Below, one piece after another: positions 60,146 to 64,000 of a stretch of 64,000 bases of DNA (the stretch's first letter is position 1; every line of letters begins with the position of its first letter). Both the position numbers and the translations under genes were made by a program. Source of the stretch: Eledone cirrhosa (lineage: Eukaryota); contig OZ024747.1 of the NCBI GenBank assembly GCA_964016885.1, positions 5,766,001-5,830,000 of the forward strand, in the 5' to 3' direction. The notes beneath the pieces are model-generated. The model was not told where the DNA came from. It worked only from the letters and a program-made list of their open reading frames with translations, and searched no databases.

Positions 60146-61174
60146 TGTATATAAATGTAAGTATGTAGGTATATATATATATATATATGTGTATATATAT
60201 AAATATATATATATATTTATTAAAATAACAGATTAAAGTTTAAGCAAGATAGATATAACATATATATATATATTTATATATATACACATATATATATATA
60301 TATACCTACATACTATATATATATACTACATATATATATATATACATATATATGTATATACATATATATATATATATATACATATATATACATATATATA
60401 TGTATATACATATATATATATATATATATATACATATATATACATATATATGTACATACATATATATATATACATATATGTACATATATGTATATATATG
60501 TACATACATATATATATACATATATGTACATATATGTACATACATATATATATGCATATATACACACATACATACATATATATATATATGCATATATACA
60601 CGCATATATACATATATATATATATATGCATATATACACGCATACATACATATATATATATATACACACATATATATATATGCATATATACACGCATACA
60701 TATATGTATATACATATATGTATATACACACACACACACATATATATACATATATATTTATATATGTAGATATATGTATATATATAAACATACATACGTA
60801 CGTACTTGAGAATTGCTTCAGTATGTTAAGCAAATACGCCAGGCCGTAAAATCGCTTAAAATCTTTATAAAAACACCCTCGCCTCCCTTCAACCCAGCAG
60901 CCATAATCTCCATCACCTCCATCATAATAGTAACCCTCGTTCACATCATCACTACCACCACCGCGACAAATACTAACTACTTAGATTTTAATACAATCCA
61001 GCATCCGTTACTTTGCCACCCTGAATAGGCGGCAAAACCGCGGTGAATTGAAATATAAAGAGATCTCGAGAGACTTAACTGGAGTCAAGAAAAAATCGAT
61101 ATTTCTCGCAGCTGTGGTTTATCTTTCGTAGGAACTGAGAACCGGGTTGTCTGGCTGAAGTTATTGTTATGTAA

Positions 61175-61362
61175 GGTGGTGGATTGGCAGTATTGGTAGA
61201 GAGTCGGACGCTATGCTCTCCAGCATAGTTACGTCCCTTTACGATCTGAGTTCAAATCCCGTCGAGGTTGACTTTACCTTTTATCCTTACGGGGTCGATA
61301 AAATAAAGTACCAGTAATACACTGGGTAATTTGCTGGCCTTGTGCCTAAAGTAGAAACAGTT
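61175..61362 (+). mobile_element. SINE S1 with TSD gttattgttatgtaaggt
   Basis: Full copy with flanking duplication. Confidence 0.9.
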
Positions 61363-61388
61363 ATTGTTATGTAAGGTATTGAAATAGT

Positions 61389-61530
61389 GAAGGCGCATGG
61401 CTTAGTGGTTAGAGCATTGGGCTTGCAATCGAAAGGTTGTGAGTTCAATTTCGGACCGGGTGATGTGTTGTTTCCTTGAGCAAATCACTTTATTTCACGT
61501 TGCTCCAGTTTACTCAGCTGTAGAAATGAG
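61389..61530 (+). mobile_element. SINE S2 head and core
   Basis: tggcttagtggttag..gagttcaatt..ccttgagcaaatcactttatttcacgttgctccag. Confidence 0.8.
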
Positions 61531-62407
61531 ATGATAGGACTGGGGTCCCTATCATTAAATTACCCAAGACACCTCCAACGAGATATACCTTGGAGGAGGC
61601 CAGCTAAACCTGCATAGGTGTGAGCTGTCACTATTGAAATTAAGAAATTTATATAACATTGAATGTAAATAGAGAAGTATTCCCGGGTCCCAAATAATAG
61701 GAGGGTGGGAATAATCAGGGGGTTGGATATTTGCTTAAATTCTTATAAGCGAGGGGAGGGTTGGAATATACGGAGGGTTAGGAAATCGGTAATTGTATAG
61801 GGTACGTTCGTAAATATGGGATTTCTTGTAATGTTCTTTTTTTTTTTGCCATATATAATGTTTTTTTAATGTAAAATAAAATTATTAGATTCTCCAGCTG
61901 CTGAATCGATATGAATATCTTACAATAAAATTTCGCCGGAGATAGATTAGCAAAATCAAGACCTGAGAGTGAACCATTAACACACGTAATATTACGTAAC
62001 TATCAGCGTCCTTTTCTCATAGGTTCGTCGTACGAGAGATGTGTGGTTCGATTCTCACAGACGTCGTGGTCCGCTTTCTACCATTCAGGGGCTTTTTTAC
62101 CAAATTTATTCCGCAAATATTTGTAACTATCATCTATTACTTATAGTTACCTGTAATGTGGCTCACACATTTTCAAATGCTTCATAAATTAACCAAATGT
62201 CGATACACTTCTGGCTTGATGCTAAAAAGACAGTGAGTGGCCGTCAGATATTGTTTACTGTAATGGTTCAACTCGTTGAGCCTATGATGCGGGGATTGAT
62301 TCCTACAAGCATCTCTGTCCACCTTTTCCATCTCAAGGGATATTTTACCCGACTTATTCATCTATTTATAATTGTTTACTGTTATTTATAATTGCCTGCA
62401 TTGTGGT

Positions 62408-62539
<132 letters not shown>

Positions 62540-62728
62540 GAGGGGGTGTAAAAGGTTGTGGCTTTGTGTATTAGAAAATACAAGAGAATCAGTTAATTGT
62601 GATTTTATTTAATATATTACTCTCTCAGATTCACACACCTATTACAGTGGTACTACCTCCCCCGCAAAGGTAACAGCTCTACCATTTCGCGATAACCTTA
62701 AAGCCAGGTACTTTTCAGCACTCCCTCG

Positions 62729-62819
<91 letters not shown>

Positions 62820-62890
62820 TACCTTCTACTATGTCTTTTGTGTATATATAGTATATTTCATTACATCTATCCACAATTTCTATTTTGCAG

Positions 62891-62962
62891 TACCTTGAAT
62901 AAAAACAACATCACGACATTCCCAAAAGAAATATTTGGAAACATGAAGAAACTGAGAATTCT
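62891..62962 (+). CDS. slit: Slit internal coding exon (LRR; exon 7 equivalent), TLNKNNITTFPKEIFGNMKKLRI(L)
   Basis: Acceptor tttctattttgcag, donor GTGAGT, 72 nt, phase 2/2. Matches Slit [24 protein letters not shown], in the expected order after the two previous exons. Confidence 0.93.
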
Positions 62963-63132
62963 GTGAGTATTTAATTTAACTTACATCTCATTCAAATTCC
63001 GCCATTATGACTTACTGAGAGATCCCCTAACTAGTCGGCGTATCTCTCACAAATTGTAGGTCTTCTAGACACACGGCTGACCTGGGCCTAAAGAACAACG
63101 ATTAACTACTTTGACACTTAGAAACATATATA

Positions 63133-63222
63133 CCGTATTTCCCGGCGTCCTCGAGGACGCATGGTAGATTTTTGAGACTTATTTTAGGAAAAAGGTAGCG
63201 TCTTCGACACCGGGAAATACAG
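63133..63222. mobile_element. Tc1/mariner-pogo-type MITE (90 bp)
   Basis: TIR CCGTATTTCCCGGCGTC / GACACCGGGAAATACAG with TA on both sides. Confidence 0.75.
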
Positions 63223-63238
63223 TACATTATATATATAT

Positions 63239-63347
63239 AAATCCCGCCGAGGTTAACTTTGCCTTTCATCCTTACGGGGTCGATAAAATAAAGTACCAGT
63301 AATGTACTGAGTAATTGATGGCCTTGTGCCAAAAGTAGAAACAATTA
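63239..63347 (+). mobile_element. SINE S1, 5'-truncated
   Basis: Core and tail. Confidence 0.85.
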
Positions 63348-63354
63348 TATATAT

Positions 63355-63797
63355 AGCTTTTAAAGAATTTCCCTTTTCTTTAAATCCATCAACCATGACT
63401 GACCCCCACTGATCTTATAGACACCTGAAATCTAGGCATTGTTAGCTTAAGAGAAACTTAAAAATAAGGAGTGGCATCTCATCCTGAACTTGTTTATAGA
63501 ATTCTTTCTGCCTTTGTTACTCTAAATATAAACGATAGCTTTGAAGAATTAGCTTTTAATGAATTCCCTTTTCTATCAACCAATGACCTATACCCATCCC
63601 ACTCCCTACCCTCTCCTACCACCTGAAGAGACCTATAAATACCATATTTATTTTTTGATACCCAGATTCCTGATGATTTTTAAAGAATGAAACAGTTCTA
63701 GTCCTGTAGAATCTCATCTATATTAAAACTTTTATACTCTGCAATGTATTGAGTACCTTACTTACTATGGTTACCTCCGATTCAACCCGGAATAACG
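63355..63797 (+). mobile_element. PLE-like 3' region/pLTR in (TA)n
   Basis: Partial direct repeat (63355/63550), possible endonuclease C-terminal remnant (KEWHLI..TLNIND), TATAAATA, hammerhead, GTATTGAGTAC. Confidence 0.65.
63664..63714 (+). ncRNA. Type I hammerhead ribozyme motif (GUA site)
   Basis: AGATTC-CTGATGA-TTTTTAAAGAAT-GAAA-CAG-TTCTAGTC-CTG-TA|GAATCT; 6-bp stem I, 4-bp stem III, weak stem II. Confidence 0.78.
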
Positions 63798-64000
63798 TAT
63801 ATATATATATGTGTGTGTGTGTATATGCGTGTATAAATGCATAATGTAACTTAAGATACACTGTTTGTATAACAGATGCGATTATCATGGCTGGAACGCC
63901 TTTCATCATAGGTCTGTCTTCTCTATCAAGACTGTTCTGTGACAACATATGAAACAACAACATCAACACCAAACAGCCAAACATCAAATGGAAGCTTACA

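Overview
Eukaryotic, extremely microsatellite-rich genomic DNA, probably an octopod cephalopod (inferred from SINE families I recognise from Octopus; not proven). The only host-gene sequence I can support is three 72-nt, phase-2 exons on the + strand (43390-43461, 45559-45630, 62891-62962). They splice in frame into three consecutive LRRs of the first LRR domain of Slit, so the window is probably all Slit intron. Nearly every ORF in the supplied track is a microsatellite artefact. The rest is (TA)n/(CA)n/(GGT)n tracts, minisatellites, about 20 tRNA-derived SINE copies, LINE fragments (RTE, Tx1/L1, CRE, possibly R4), small DNA-transposon MITEs and a 200-N gap. The main hidden signal is a dense set of short Penelope-like (PLE) fragments in (TA)n tracts. 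They carry about a dozen type I hammerhead ribozyme motifs (six on the Slit sense strand), often form head-to-head palindromes whose arms end at internal TA dinucleotides, and several families share a downstream RTTGAGTAC motif. All RNA folds and alignments were done by eye and repeat boundaries are approximate.
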